From contig CM075981.1 of NCBI GenBank assembly GCA_038087875.1, positions 72,292,001 to 72,356,000 of the forward strand: a stretch of DNA of 64,000 bases, read 5' to 3'. Source of the stretch: Malacoraja senta. Taxonomy: Eukaryota. The notes beneath the pieces were generated by a model. The model saw nothing but the letters and a program-made list of their open reading frames with translations, made no database searches and was not told the DNA's origin. This document shows, piece after piece, positions 39,601-54,600 of this stretch. The position numbers and the translations under genes are program-made. Within the stretch, counting starts at the first letter, position 1. The number at the start of each line of letters is the position of its first letter.

Positions 39601-42600
39601 CCATTTGGGACATACAGCAATTCTCTCTACATCCTACCCCGGACAGTCAGTCAGCTTAACCCACCCCTCCCGAATGGATCTCACCCCTCCCTGATGAACC
39701 TCACCCTTCCATGATGGACCTCTCCCCTCCCCGATGGACCTCTCCCCTTCCCGATGGACCTCACCCCTCCCTGATGGACCTCTCCCCTCCCTGATGGACC
39801 TCTCCCCTCCCTGATGGACCTCTCCCCTCCCTGATGGACCTCTCCCCTCCCTGATGGACCTCTCCCCTCTCTGATGGACCTCTCCCCTCTCTGATGGACC
39901 TCTCCCCTCCCTGATGGACCTCTCCCCTCCCTGATGGACCTCTCCCCTCCCTGATGGACCTCTCCCCTCCCTGATGGACCTCTCCCCTCCCTGATGGACC
40001 TCTCCCCTCCCTGATGGACCTCACCCCTCCCTGATGGACCTCATCCCTTCCCTCCCTGTCCAATCAACCCCCATCTCTCTCTGTTTAAACCCCATCTCTC
40101 CTAGTTCAATCAACCCCACCCCTCCATGATCGATGCCCACCACTCCCTCGGCCAACCTCCTCCCTGATCAACCTCACCTTTACCTTGATCAACTCCACCC
40201 CTGGCCTGTTTGACCCCAACCCCTGCCCTGAACGACCTCCCCACCCCTGACTGACCCCCCCAACTCTGCCCTGATCTACCCCTGTCCTGATTAATCCCCA
40301 CTCCTGCCCTGATCAACCCCCACCCTTCCCTTATGAACCCCCACCTCCAGCTGATAACCTTCACCCCTGATCAATCTCCCCCTCAACCTCGATCACTTCC
40401 TAATCTATTTCCACCCTGACTACCTCAATCCCAATTACCCAGGCACAGCATGGCCAAAATCTCAAAGCCTCCCCACCCTACTTAAGATTCATCATCCCCT
40501 CCTTCGTCTCCATATCCTACAGAAGGTCACCCTCACTTTCCTGGCCTCCTCACTTACCAGGAATCCTTGCCACTTCCCATCTGCTGTATCACTCTTTGAC
40601 TCTATCTAAGACTCTTAGCACTACCACTGTGGATATTTCACACCAAATCTGGTTGTCCTCTTCCTACTCTTCATTAACCTGAATTGTTGGCTCTTTAAAC
40701 ATTCTTTGCAGGTGCTGCCTGAACATGCTCTGGTTTTATTTTAGATTTTCACTCTGCTGTGTTTTGAATATTGACACCAATAATGTTCCTGTTTTTGCCT
40801 CATCTAGAGAGAAGGGTTTTCAAAATTCAACAAGATCTACGAGTATGAGTGTAATATGCTTGGTCAGGTATGTCTTCATTTTCCTACTTTTTAATAACAA
40901 GGGTGCAGGGGTGACTGGTAGAAGTGAGGCGAATTGCTCCTTTTTTTGTCCCTCTACAGCGCCCCCCGCCCCCCACCATATTTCTTGAATAAGCTTTACT
41001 TGATGGCAGAACTGGTTTGGTGTCACAGAATGGCTGTATGTATTGAGTATCTGAAAAGGCCATGACACTACTGCTTCGTTCTGAGTTTAGTTTAAAAATA
41101 CCTAGTGAGGCAGGTGTAACTTTAGATAATATAGCACTCATAATCTAATGCTTCTGTTTCTAAGATATCCAATTGAAAGAAAGGATGGTATTTATTTTTT
41201 AAAGTATTTGGACTGACTTCCCTAGACTTCCGAAAATTAGAGAAGAATTCATGAAGGTAGAACATGGGATGAAGTGTTTAAAGCACCACAGTTTGAGTTC
41301 CATATGGAAAGATTTTAAAACAAAAGTTCAAACTGGCTTTGTAGGAAGGTATCCACAACTTCCTTTATTTTGGAAAGAATGATCAACCAGAAAGTTAAAC
41401 ATCCTACTCTGTGTTGGTACATAACATTATCTTGAATAGGTATCACACTGGCAGACACCGCCTGTTGGGAACCAGATCCTGCAGTAAGATTGTTTAATAT
41501 TAACGTGTTGTTGAATCAAAAGGTCTTTTATCAAGGAATGATTAAAAGTACATTTTCATTGAACGTACATTGAAAGTACAATGATTGAAAATAATGTGTA
41601 GGAGTAAGAATCATAATGATTATAAAAAGTATTCTAAAGTTTATGTTACTATAAGTAATGAGTGAATTTGCTCTTTCTGTCTTTCCCTCATATCTCCAAA
41701 TGTGCAGAATATTTCTATTGTGATGACTTCTGTTTCGGGTCACTTACTTGAGTTAGAATTCAAAGCACCTTTTCAGAAATGGTAAGTTTTTATTTAAATA
41801 CAAAATTCAATCTACAAGCATGTCAGGTTTGCTTGCTGCAATATTTTTTAGATGATATGGTTTGAATTTAAAACTCCAAAGATATTAATGAAACAGATAA
41901 TGCAACTGATCTTGGGGAAAAAAACAGTTGCAGCAAAAGTGCAGAATATGTAAATGTTACAAAGATTTTCATGACTTAATCTAGTTCGCTGATGTGTTAG
42001 TGCAAGAACTGGAACACTTCAATTTTGGACGTGGAATATCCCACCACTTTCTTGTAAAACAAAGCTTGCCCCACACTTCTCCTTTTAACTTTGCCCCCCA
42101 CCTTAAGGCTATGTCCTCTAGCTTTGACAATTCCACCTTGGTTGGTTCTGCCGATGCTAATTTAGTACAGTGATGTGGCTTATATGCACTGGAAATTTTG
42201 TAGATCTTAATGAGACTTCTCAGAGGTGTTTGCAGTCAGGGGGCAGATCTCTGCACTGGGAAATTTGAAACCTATTCCCATAGCCCTGTGATCCTGAACA
42301 CATCTGCCTGCCCAACTACCCATGTTAACCATTTCCAAAAGTGTACTTACCTAAGCATTTTCTGGATGGATGAGGTCGTAATGTGGTTATTGCTGCCTGT
42401 CAATGGCTTTAATGATAGACAGACAAATTCCTCATGCCAGTTCCTAATCATTGAGGCATTGACAGCTGGTTTAGTCATTCTCTTAGGCTGAAATAGCTTT
42501 CAGAATCATTTGAACAACTGAATGACAAAACTATTAACATTAATCATATTATGAAAACAATTTTTAAAATTAATAATTGAAACACTGGAAACTACTGGTG

Positions 42601-45600
42601 CAATTATAAATACATTTGATTACAGTTATTTCAAAGAATGAAATTTGCCTAGCTGAGTTGTTACTGTTTATTAAAACAAATGTTGTCACTGATAGTGATC
42701 AGCATCCAGATTCCCCACAGGACCTTCTGTAAGACTTCATGAAGCTGGTGCTTTATCACTGGGCTCGATGAGAAATTGAATATTGAACTATGACCAGTGA
42801 AGACCACTTGGGAAGTTTGAGACATTCCTTCTTAAATAAATACCCTTCAGAGTGTTTCGGATTGTGAGTCTGGGCCCAAAATAGTTAGCCACTGCCATTA
42901 AAGCCCAATAATCAGGTGTCCGTCGATTTATTATAAACCGCTTCTTGACTTTAACTGATCTAAGTTTGAAAATTAAAATTAAGCAAACGACAAATTATTT
43001 GTTCAAGAAGATTTTTTGTTTAACAAAATGCTGGAGTAACTCAGTGGGTCAGGTAGCATCTTTGGAGAAAGGGAATAGGTGACGTTTCGGATCGGAACCT
43101 TTCTTCAGACTGTTGTTTATCTGCTTATCTTATCAGAATGCATTAGAATTGTTCTGTCCTTTAAAACAAAAAATGATTTGTGCCATTTAACAGCCTTAGA
43201 TCTGTCTGGATTTTGCTCAGTGGCTTTTGTTTCTAATATCTAGGCGTAGCTGTAATCCTGTGACTCTCTTTGACGTTGAGGTTGAGAAGTATTGTCCAGA
43301 AAACTATGTGGATATTAAGGTATATTTATTAATACATTATCAGGATTATGTATTGCATATGCTTTTCACTGGACTTGTACCTGTCCATGGCGTAGCCTAG
43401 AATGAATTTTACTCTGTATTTAACTAGTGTTGTACTTTGCTTCGCAGTGTATAAATATAAAAAATAGGAACAGGACTAGGCTATCCAATCCCTTCGTCTG
43501 CTTCACCACCCATTAAAATCATGGCCAACCTTCTGTTGATTTCTATTTTGAATAAACCCAACTGCTAAGCTTCAGATATAGAATTCTAAAGGCTCACTGC
43601 CTTTAACTGGAAAAAAAGCTATAATTTTAGTACTAAAGAGCCTACCCCTTTTTCTGAAACTGTACCCCCTGTTCCAAGGCTCCTCCGCCAGAGAAAATGT
43701 TGTTGTGGCATCTGGTCCGTCAAGCCATTAAGAAGAGCATGGTGGTAATGTTGGAACTGTATAAATGACCAATTAGGCCACAGTTAGAATACATTGTATA
43801 GCTCTGATTATTACACCCCAGGAAAGATGGTATGATAGATAAAATAATGGTACAGAGGGGATTGACAAGAATTATGCCAGCTTTGGAGAAATTTAGTTAG
43901 AAAGTAATTGGCTGGTCTGAGGATTTTCTCTTTGAGATAGGAGATTTAAGGGATACTTTATTTTTACATAGAGAGTGGTTGATATCTGAAATGTGTTGCT
44001 AGAGAGTTGGTGGAATCAGATTCAATTAACTAATTTGAGAGGCATTTAGACGACATTTAAAAAGCAAATAATTGAAGGATAGACACAAAAAGCTAGAGTA
44101 ACTCAGCGGGACAGGCAGCATCTCTGGAGATAAGGAATAGGTGACATTTCGGGTCGAGACCTTTCTTCAGACTGGTTAGGGATAAGGGAAACGAGAAATA
44201 TAGACAGTGATGTGGAGAGATAAAGAACAATGAATGAAAGATATGCAAAAAAGTAATAATGATAAAGTAATTGAAGGATATAGTCGTACTGTGGGGAAAT
44301 GGAATTTGCATATGAGCAAAAAAGAGTTGGCACGGACATGGTGAGTAAAAGAACCTATTTCTGTGCTGTATGACTGACTCTTTATAAAGACTGAGAGAAA
44401 ATTTAATTGATGTATAAAATTGAGAGGCTTAGACGTATGAACAAAAATAAGTATTTTGCCCAAAAGTGGTCCGTGACTAGGGACTTAATTTTAAGATAAT
44501 TAAAGTACGGTTTAGAGTGGATATGATGAAAATGTTTAGTGTGGGACAGGGCACAGGTGGGAGATGGTTCTTGAGTATGCTGCATGAAAGGGCAATGGAA
44601 GTAAAACGTTTAACACATTGAGGGAGATAATACCTGGAAGTGTGCCTGAAGTGGTGATAGTTAGGGCTTTGGTTTCAGAGGCATAATGGCAGAAAATCCT
44701 CCAGTAACATAAATTTCCATGATTTCTGTATTTTGCTCATGCTTTACTTGATCAAGTAATAATTGAGGTGATAGTAGATGGTTTATGTTATATCTGTAGG
44801 ACTTAATTATTGCAGCTGTTTCTTTAATTTTGTTTGTTTTCAAGAGAACCCTAGAGCGAGAAGTGAGGAAATGTCAGGCCCTGGTGATTTGGACTGATTG
44901 TGATCGTGAAGGGGAAAACATTGGATTTGAAATAATTCAAGTGTGTAAAGCAGGTAATTATGCACATGTTTCTGGATCCTACTAGTGTAACTTGCCTGTA
45001 TGTTTCAGTAATATGTTTTAAAAAAGTCATTAATGTGTCTCATTTTAGAGGGCTGATAGGCAGGGTCAATGTTAATCAGGGTCCTTGCAGGCTTGGCAAT
45101 GCTTGGAGCCATTCTGCCTTCTAATCTCTCCTGGCTATCGAGGCTCACAAGATTGGTGTTTGTTTATTGTTGTCATGTGTACCAAATGCTGGCACTGTTA
45201 TAAGTATTTATTGTCCATGGGGAACGGAGAGGGCATTGTTGTCGGGGTGACATTTAGACTTTTTGAACTTTAGACCTCAGTATAGAAAGAGGCCTTTCGG
45301 ACCACTGAGTCCGCACTGACCAGAGATCACTCTGTACAGTAGCACTATCCTACACACTAGGGACAATTTACAATTTACAGAAGGCAATTAACCTACAAGT
45401 CCTGTACGCCTTTAGAAAATCCACGCAGTCACAGGGAGAACGACGAAATTCTGTATAAACAGCACCCATAGTCAGGATCAAACCCGGGTCTCTGCTGCTG
45501 TAAGGCAGTACCACTGTGCCACCCCGAGGATTTGTGATTTGTTGAGGACTGTGATGAGGCGAGGCTGTGGCTGTTCTTAGATGTATTGTTTCTAGAAAAG

Positions 45601-48600
45601 TTTTGTAGTATTGTTGAAACATTTTGTTACATACTTTGTGATGACTGAATTTGTTAATGGTGTTCACTCTGCATGCTCTTTCCTGAGACAGTGAAGCCCA
45701 ACCTGCAGGTGCTGCGTGCACGATTTTCTGAGATTACACCAAATTCCATCAGACAAGCCTACGAGAATCTCGTGGAACCTGACGAGAAAATCAATGATGC
45801 TGTTGATGTAAGGCAGGAGTTGGATCTTAGGATAGGTAAGGGGCTTAACTTACACTTCTTTTCTCATGTTTGCTTGAGCTTTCCCATGTGAAGCAAGCTA
45901 ACTAATCTGCAAGTTGGTTCACTTTGCACGCCTGCTCCTGCCATGTGTGGTTTCCTTACACCCACCAACAACTCCAGGTTCAAAATCTCTACTGTGCTCT
46001 TGTGGTTTCATGCCAACATTTGTCCACCTCTCCGATCTGTAGTTCTACTGCTGAGATTTAACCCCCTCCCACCTTGCTCCAAATCCATTGTATTTTCTAT
46101 CTACCCACCATCTTCTCCGTAACCTTTTGTCTCTTCATTCCTGCAATCTCTCTTTCCTACCCCTAATATTCACCTGTATTCCTGTAATCATGCCACTCCC
46201 TATTCCCGGCCTCCCAGGTGAACCATTACACCTCCACCCCCAATGATTTATTTGAGGCCTCCTGCTGCCTTTTTGAACCGATCTCCTTTGCCTTTCTGAA
46301 ATGAGCTGCATGATATTTCTCCATAGGTGCTTCTTTCACCCGGTTTCAGACCTTGCGACTACAGAAAATATTTCCAAATGTGCTATCAAATCAGCTCATC
46401 AGCTATGGCAGCTGCCAGTTTCCAACGCTGGGGTTTGTGGTTGAACGTTTCAAAGCAATCCAGGCTTTTATGCAAGAAACATTCTATAAAATCAAAGGTA
46501 CGATGTAGTTCTGAACCTCTCTGAAAATGTATAACGTCCACAAGTAAACTGGTGTATTATCCCTTCCCCTTGGTTGAATAGTCCATTGAACAAAGGAAGA
46601 GGAAGGTAGAATAACATTGCCTTCCTCTTTAAAGTACAAGACTGTACATTCTGCAATAAAGTGTTGCAATTGGGGTATAGGTACTGTAAATTCATGTTAG
46701 ATATGCATGTAACCTAGCCCCAGATGGTGGCAGATCTGAAGGATTATGTAACAGGACCACTGGGACAAGAACTATTCTACATAATTCCTTCAGTTCAGAT
46801 TATTTTATTATGTAGTTGCACTGCATGGGAGGTCTGGGTTCTAGGTTTGTTCTTATAAACTATTACATGTTTACTGTACTAAATGTCACTGGGTGGGGGG
46901 ATTTGTCTCTTAGTTACCCACGAGAATGAAGATGGCAATGTAGAATTTAACTGGAAAAGACATCGGCTTTTCAACCACACGGCATGCCTTGTACTTTACC
47001 AGATTTGCATGGAGGTGAGCATGAGTTTACGTCTGAATTATTGTTCCTGAATCTGTAAGATATTTGAAGATTGGGAAGGATAGCAAACTGTATAAAAAAT
47101 TGGTTTAAAGAAGGAAATTAAGAATTTTAATTTTCTGTTTTTTACTGAAGTTTGGAGTAGGTAGGTGTGTCACAAAAGCTTTCCCTCTGGGATCACTTCT
47201 GTTGATTGGAGATCAATACATTGGATGCAAGCGCACCACAGACGGGTCAACATTTGCAAAAATAGATTGAGCTAATTCTGTAAGTGAAAGGAAACTGGAA
47301 ATGGGTGATGTTAGCACGGAAAAACGTACTGTCAGCAGGTGTGAGCTGATGCATTTTGGTTTAATAAAAAGTGTATGGTTTTATGATGTGATGGAAATAG
47401 AATTGGGGTTGTGGGACAGCGGAAGGATTTAGGGTGGAAACTTGCCTGATTGACATGGCTGTGGGTGGGGGAGGAAAGGAATTTTGAAAATATTCTATAG
47501 CTTGGGCAGCTTCAGTAGAGAGAGAAAGCATTATATCAGGACTACAACTTTTTGCAGATTGGAAGTAGACATTTTAGGCTTAATTAATAGAGCAGGTTTA
47601 GATAAACATAATCCTAAGTATATATGCCAAGAAGAAAAATAAGTGTTTATAAAACTTTATCTGAAACTCAATGGACTTCATGCTATTGAAATTAAATTGG
47701 AACTTTTATGAAGGGTGCAGTACAGCTTCCGTAAGATGCTGCCTGAAGAAACGCAAACACAGTACACAACGTGCATTATGTGGCACTATTATAATTTGAA
47801 TAAAGGGACAGACTATATAAAAACAAACAATTTCCTGCATTTGAAGTACCAAGAGAGATTGCGGATAAAATTGATTTTTTAAGATTTAGTCGTGGACAGG
47901 AGAAACCTCTTCATGGAAGGTTGAAGAGGGTGTGAAATGTATTGCAAAGATGATTAGGCAGAAATAATCAAAATTCCACATTAATTAGTTTGATTGGATG
48001 TAGTTTGGGGTTGAGAAAATTGGGAGAGAATTAAGTTGAGTAAATATCTTTCAACATCAAAATAAAGCATTTTGTGTCATTAAGCGCAAGAAGTCAACTT
48101 TCTTTGTGAAGGTGTTTCACATACAGCTTCTTGTCTGCTTCCATGAGTTAGTATTAACATAAAACAAGAAATAGCTAATTAATACTTAGTTTTGTATAGC
48201 TTTTGTTTTTTAATACATAATCTTGATTTCTTTCTGTTCCTGATCACAGAATCCAGTTGCTACTGTACTTGATGTATTTACTAAACCGAAGAGCAAATGG
48301 AGACCTTTACCTCTTGAAACTGTGGTGTGTATCCTGATGTAGCACAAATTATATAATGAAAAGTTACAATAATTTAATTTAATAAGAAATAAAAGTGTGC
48401 TTCAGACATGCTGTTTCGTGACTTTTAAGTGTTACCTTCTGGATTTAATTCTTCACTGTCGTATGTCTCCACGGTCTTATCCTCCCCTATACTTGGCCAA
48501 TAAATTAATTACAATTACAATCTCTCTAATCAAAATTCCTGCCCTTGTTGATTGTCCAGGAATATTTTGGATACATAAAAATATTGGGCGAGGGCTGGAA

Positions 48601-51600
48601 TCCTTCCCTATGGATTGTTAGCTTGTTGTGCTTGTTCCTGCCTCACAATACCTACATACACTCATCATAAATATTTGCTTTATAATCAACCAAGCCTTGT
48701 ATTATCCCCTGAATTTAAGAAAGATCAAGCTTCATAAACAGTCATCAAAATTCTCCCTGCTTGACGAATAATGGGGGGTTTGCACGTGTGCTTCCTTGGG
48801 CATGTTAAAGCTGATGTCCCTTCGCTGATTGAAAACTGTGCTTGCACAGAATGAGATACCAGGGTCCTATCGGATTGAACCTGTGCTGCTCTCGAGCTTC
48901 TTTGACTTTGTCTACTTAGGTAATTTCTCTCAACCCCAAACTTGCTTACTGCTTTGCCTTCATTGAACCTTTTGCAATCCTTTACTACATTAAGGGCACT
49001 GCTATTAGAAGAATGTTTATGAATGATGAACAAGAACTGGAAACTGAATTTAATTGAAAAATTAACATTTTGTTTACAAAACAGGAATTGGAGAAACTGG
49101 CTTCAAGGAAGTTAAAAATCAATGCAAAGGAGACAATGAGGATAGCAGAGAAGTTGTACACACAAGGGTGAGAGTCTGTATGCTGTTGCACTTGATCCCT
49201 CTGAGTAATTCAAGCATCTTTTTATGTAATGTTTTGAACTTTCTGACATCCTATTCCATAACTCTCTATGTAGGTCCATACTATGACTCTCAACTCCCTC
49301 TAAACCTTACCAAATGTTCCTTTATCACATGCTTATGGTCTTGGGTCATATTTCCTTATTCTGCGTTTGTCTCACTGAATATATGTACTCTGAACCATTC
49401 CGAATATTAAATACCCTATGTGTGATCTCTGTTAGTAAATGGTGAACATAAATGGGGACTGTGTTCGAAGAAGTTGATGATCATTGGCTTGATTAATTAA
49501 TTCACTTCTGCTGAGATACTGGGTTTGGTTAATACATGACAACTGGGACAAATTTACATGTACTACCATTGTCCATGTGGTCAAATAGTCCTCAATCATT
49601 ATGTCCAGACCAATTATTTAGGGGGTCACTAAAGATTTGTGAGAGCTCAGAATTCCTGTGACAACAAATACCTAGCTCAGTTTCTAAACACACATTGTTG
49701 TTTCTATTCCTACTTCTGCAGATACATCAGCTACCCTCGTACAGAAACCAATATCTTCCCCAAGGACCTGAACCTCTCCATGTTGGTGCAGCAGCAAACC
49801 GTGGACTCTCATTGGGGGGCATTTGCACAAGGTATTTTGGACGGAGGTGGGCCAAACCCTCGAAATGGAAACAAATCTGACCAGGCCCATCCACCGATCC
49901 ATCCGACTAAATATGCCAGCAACCTACAGGTATTAGCTCTTCTAGTATTTTTGAATTCTTCTCTGTTGGTGTGATCCCATTTGCTTATCTATCTATATAT
50001 TACTAAAACTCTCATCTTGTTTGTGATTCTGTCTACGTGCGTGTGTGTCTGCGTATCCGGTGCTCCCGGAACTACGCCAAAATGGTACTCTATAGCGCTA
50101 CCATTTTTGGACCACCTTACAATTGTCCTGTGGTGTGTTTTTATCAAGTTTCGTTCAGATTGACGTTATATTTTACGTTATTCACATTTTAAACTTAAAA
50201 AAATGTAAAACAGCGCCCCACTTGCCGTTAGCAGCGTATGACGTCACAATGGGATCTCATTTACATAAACTGCCCGTCAGCAGTGTTCCACCGCACAATT
50301 ACATCACAACGGGATCTCATTTACATTAAAAAGACTCACTGTTCCCGATAAAAGCACGCTAGACACGGACATGGACTGGGCCCTGAGCGCGGCTCCGGGC
50401 CCTGGGCTGGGGTTCGAGCCGGTGCAGGGTCCGGGGACTGCAGCTACGGGCCCGCGGCTCCAGACCACAGCCTCAAAGAGTGACTGACTGACTTTCAGTT
50501 ATGTTAATATCCGCACACGCTGATAACTGAAAGTCTCCCCGCGTGTGCGGGATTAGAAATTACCACGGTGCTGAGGCTGGAGCGAGGTCCGGGGGCGGCG
50601 GTGTTCCGGGCCCGCGGGGAGGGAGAGGCCGTTTTCAAAAAGTGACTGACTGACTTTGTTATTTTAAAATCCGCACTTGCAAATAACTGAAAGTCTCCCA
50701 GCGCGTGCGGGATTTGAAATGACCGCGGAGCTGAGGCTGGAGCGAGGTCTAGGGGATCTCATTTACATTTTAAAAATGACGTCAATGGGGGTAGGTAGGG
50801 GAGAGGGGTTATAGAGGGAGTGACTGATGGTAGGGGAAAGGAGAATGAAGGAGGAAAAATGTAATTAAAATATTTTGTTTAGTGGGGGAATGGGATAGGG
50901 GAGAGGTGAGGAGTGTGGGAGCAGGGAGATAGATGGAGAGGAGGGTGGGTAGGGAGGGGTTATGGAGGGAGAGAGGGACTGAGGGTAGGAGAAAGGAGAG
51001 GGAGGGAGTGGAGGAGGAGAGGGGAAAGAAGAGGGAGGGTGAAGAGGTGGAGAGAGAGCTGGGGATGAGGGAAAATGAGCCGCTCCTACGCAGTTGGGGG
51101 CTATGGGTGAGTGGTGGAATATTGCGTTGGGGGAACGGGGCCCAACGGGTCCCACTTGGTCTAGTTTTAATATAAAACAATGCAGACTCATGGTTAGGTT
51201 GCAAGAGGACCATAAGGTTACAAATTGTAGTAATTATAAATATTTTGTATTTATTATGCATTTTAGAACATTACAGAATATATTTGGAGTTGTACTGGAT
51301 GCAAAGGAAAGGGCTTTGGTGATATTTTCGTTTTGTTACCGATGGGAAGTCTATATTTGCTTTACACGCTATGGTTTTTGCACTATCGTGGTCTAGTTTA
51401 ATTGAATGCTAATTTATCGTATATTTATTGTTGCTGTTCTGTCTAATGTACCTGTAAAACTGCAGCAAGAAATAACATCATCATTTCGGTTCATATCCAG
51501 TGCAAATGAATGAATGAATTAATTAATACGTTTATTGGCCAAGTATTCACATGCAAGGAATTTGCCTTGTTGCTCCGCCCACAAGTAAAATAAATGACAA

Positions 51601-54600
51601 ATATATGCTCCTGTGATTGGCTTAGGTTATAAGAGGCAGTGAAATCCTGGGGTGGGGGAAGGGGTGAACTAGAGCATGTTCTTCAACTGCAGTTTCTTTC
51701 TTGAATATGAAAAGCTTGTGATTGAAGTTTTTTTTCTAATTGATAATATTCAATTTTTCAAATCAATATAGAACCAATTTTGTACATGTAACTCATTTGT
51801 GAATTGTAATTGTTGTACAATTTTTTTAATTTATTTTTAGGGAACTGAGCAGCGTATTTATGAGTTTGTTGTTCGCCACTTTCTGGCTTGTTGCTCCCAG
51901 GACGCACAGGGACAGGAAACCACAGTGGAAATTGACATTGCAGGAGAACGTTTTGTTGCTCATGGACTTATGATTATTGCACGGAATTATCTCGATGTTT
52001 ATCCATATGACAAATGGAATGCTAAGGTATTGTAGAAAGAATAAAATGAGTAATTACCTAATTCCTTTTTTCTAGCATGGTGCTGTTTATTACTTTAGAG
52101 AATGCCTTCATTCTTTCAGACAGGAGGAAAGTGTGAAACCCATTAAACAAATTTAGAGCCACGTGTACCATAAAATATTCTATTTATTCTGGAATGTTGG
52201 CGATAATTAGTCGCAACATTTCTAGAATAAGAGGTATTCCTGTTCCAGAACTCTGGACTTACAGTGACCTTAAACTGATAGACCTGTTGTAAGTATATTC
52301 ATTGATGGGGATGGAAAATATAATGGGTTTATATCTATCTGTGATGTCTCTACATTCAAAAGCAATGCTCACGTCTCTTCTACGTTTACCTAAAGTTCAT
52401 GCAAGGTATTTGTTGTACGACTGGTAACAAAAATTATTTATTTTAGAGTTCCTGTGATTATGATCATAATTTGTCTGTTCTAGATTATACCAGTATTTGA
52501 GAGGGGGAAGAAATTCCAGCCGACCACTATTGAGATGGTCGATGGCGAGACAAGTCCACCTCAACTCTTGACTGAGGCTGATCTAATTGCCCTGATGGAG
52601 AAGCATGGTATAGGTAAGTCTGAAACACACGTTCTCTTTATTTTGGTGCCTCTTGTTCTCATCTCACTGACTGGATGTTGTGACCCCTTTACTGTGAAGA
52701 CCAGCATTTTTAATTCTTTGCTTGGTCTGTGATTAGTTAGCTGTAATCAACAGGCACCAATCACTTCATGTCCTTGAAGAATGGAATGGAAATTCTTGTT
52801 TCTGATTACCGCATAGGTCACTCCTATCTTTGGGTGAAGACATTTCCATGGCTTGATTGTACATGCGGAAGGGTTTGTATGTTCTCCCATAGACGGTGTG
52901 GGTTTTATCCTAGTGCTCTGGTTTCCTCCCATTTCACAAAGATGCATGGATTGGTAGGTTAATCAGCCACTATAAATTGCCGCTTGTGTGCAGGTGAGCG
53001 GTATAATCTGGGGGAACGAGTTAATGAAAATATGAAGAAAATATAAAGATGGGATTAACATAACATTAGTGTAAATGGGTGCTCGATAGTCAACATGGAC
53101 CAAGTAGGCCGAAGGACCCGTTTCATGCTGCACATTCCCTGACTATGACATCCAGTAAACCCTCATTATTACAGACCTCCTTATATCAGATTTTGGTTAT
53201 AGCAGACTCTTTAAGAACACAGGCTGCTTGTTATACTGTGGAGGCTATTGAAATTGACATGGCACTGAAATTCACAAGCAATTGTTGGGATAGACACTTA
53301 ACTATTAAACAATGTAAAAAAGAGCCTTTGGTATTTTTAGCCTGCAGTAATAAAGAAACATTTTTAGTTGTTAAAAAGTATTGGGGTTAGGGCATTGTAT
53401 CTCAAAACATTATGTTACTTCACAGAGCAAACTCTTACTCGGTTATAGAGGATAATCTGCAATAACGGACACCATTCCTCCCCCATATGGTCCATAATAA
53501 CGAAGGATAAGTGTAATGGAAAATCAGGTTCTTGGTTGGTAAAGATCGGGTCTTAGTGCCCCAATGTTGAGGAGTGTGACATGTTAGAGGCCTGTGCTGT
53601 GGAGCTGTTTTGCTCATGTTCATTTGTTTTCTTTCAGGGACTGATGCCACTCATGCAGACCACATTGAGACGATCAAATCCCGAATGTATGTGGGCTTGA
53701 CTCCAGAGCAGCGATTCCTCCCTGGGGAATTGGGAATGGGTCTAGTGGAAGGTAAGAGAAGAAACTGCTCTAAAATCTGTGATTTTAACATTGGAACCAT
53801 TTATCATTCCCCCCTGCCCTCCAGATCTGCTGAGTTACTTCAGCACTTTGTGTCCTTTGAAGATATAACGTGATTGGATCCGGACAAATTATTGGTGATA
53901 TTTACACCGAGGAACTTGACCATTTTTCTAAGTGGCCTGCTATGTTGCTTTAATAATTTCTTCTAATATTTTCCCTATGATAGATGATAATATCCTTTCT
54001 GTCTCTTTTTTTTGGAGGGAGTGGGGTGTGGAGTTATATTCATATATTCTAACCTACTGGAACTTGTTCTGAAATCAGGAAATCTTGGAAAAATAAAGCC
54101 AATGCATCAGCAATAATTAATTATTTTAAGGTACTGGGATGAAATCCATCAGAATCTGTGTTTCTGGCGGCCCCCAGGTCCAACAATTTGTTCAGTACCA
54201 TGGTTTTGTAATTTTCCAATTTTCCTTCTAGATTCAGATTTACAGCTATTTCTGGGGTGTGACTCATATTCTTTGCAGTGAAGATTGGTGCAACAACTTA
54301 CCTGTTTAAGTCATCTGCAATCTCCAAATTTGCATTTATCAATTCCCTGGACTTACTTTATAAAGAACCAAATATCACTTTGTTCATTTTTTTGCTGTTA
54401 AATTTGCTGTCCATTTTTTTTACACGTGATTATTTTTGCCTCTACTGTAGGTTATGATTCCATGGGATACGAGATGTCCAAGCCAGATCTAAGAGCTGAG
54501 CTTGAGGCAAATCTGAAACTGATTTGCGAAGGGAAGAAAGACAAGTTTAGTGTGCTGCATCAGTATATTCAGAAGTACAAGCAGGTATTCATCACAGCCG

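Noticed and set aside
39672-40063. CRISPR-like array or repeat protein; CTGATGGA also resembles a hammerhead core
   Set aside because: Head-to-tail 20-mers with no spacers, eukaryotic context, and no stem II or GAAA.
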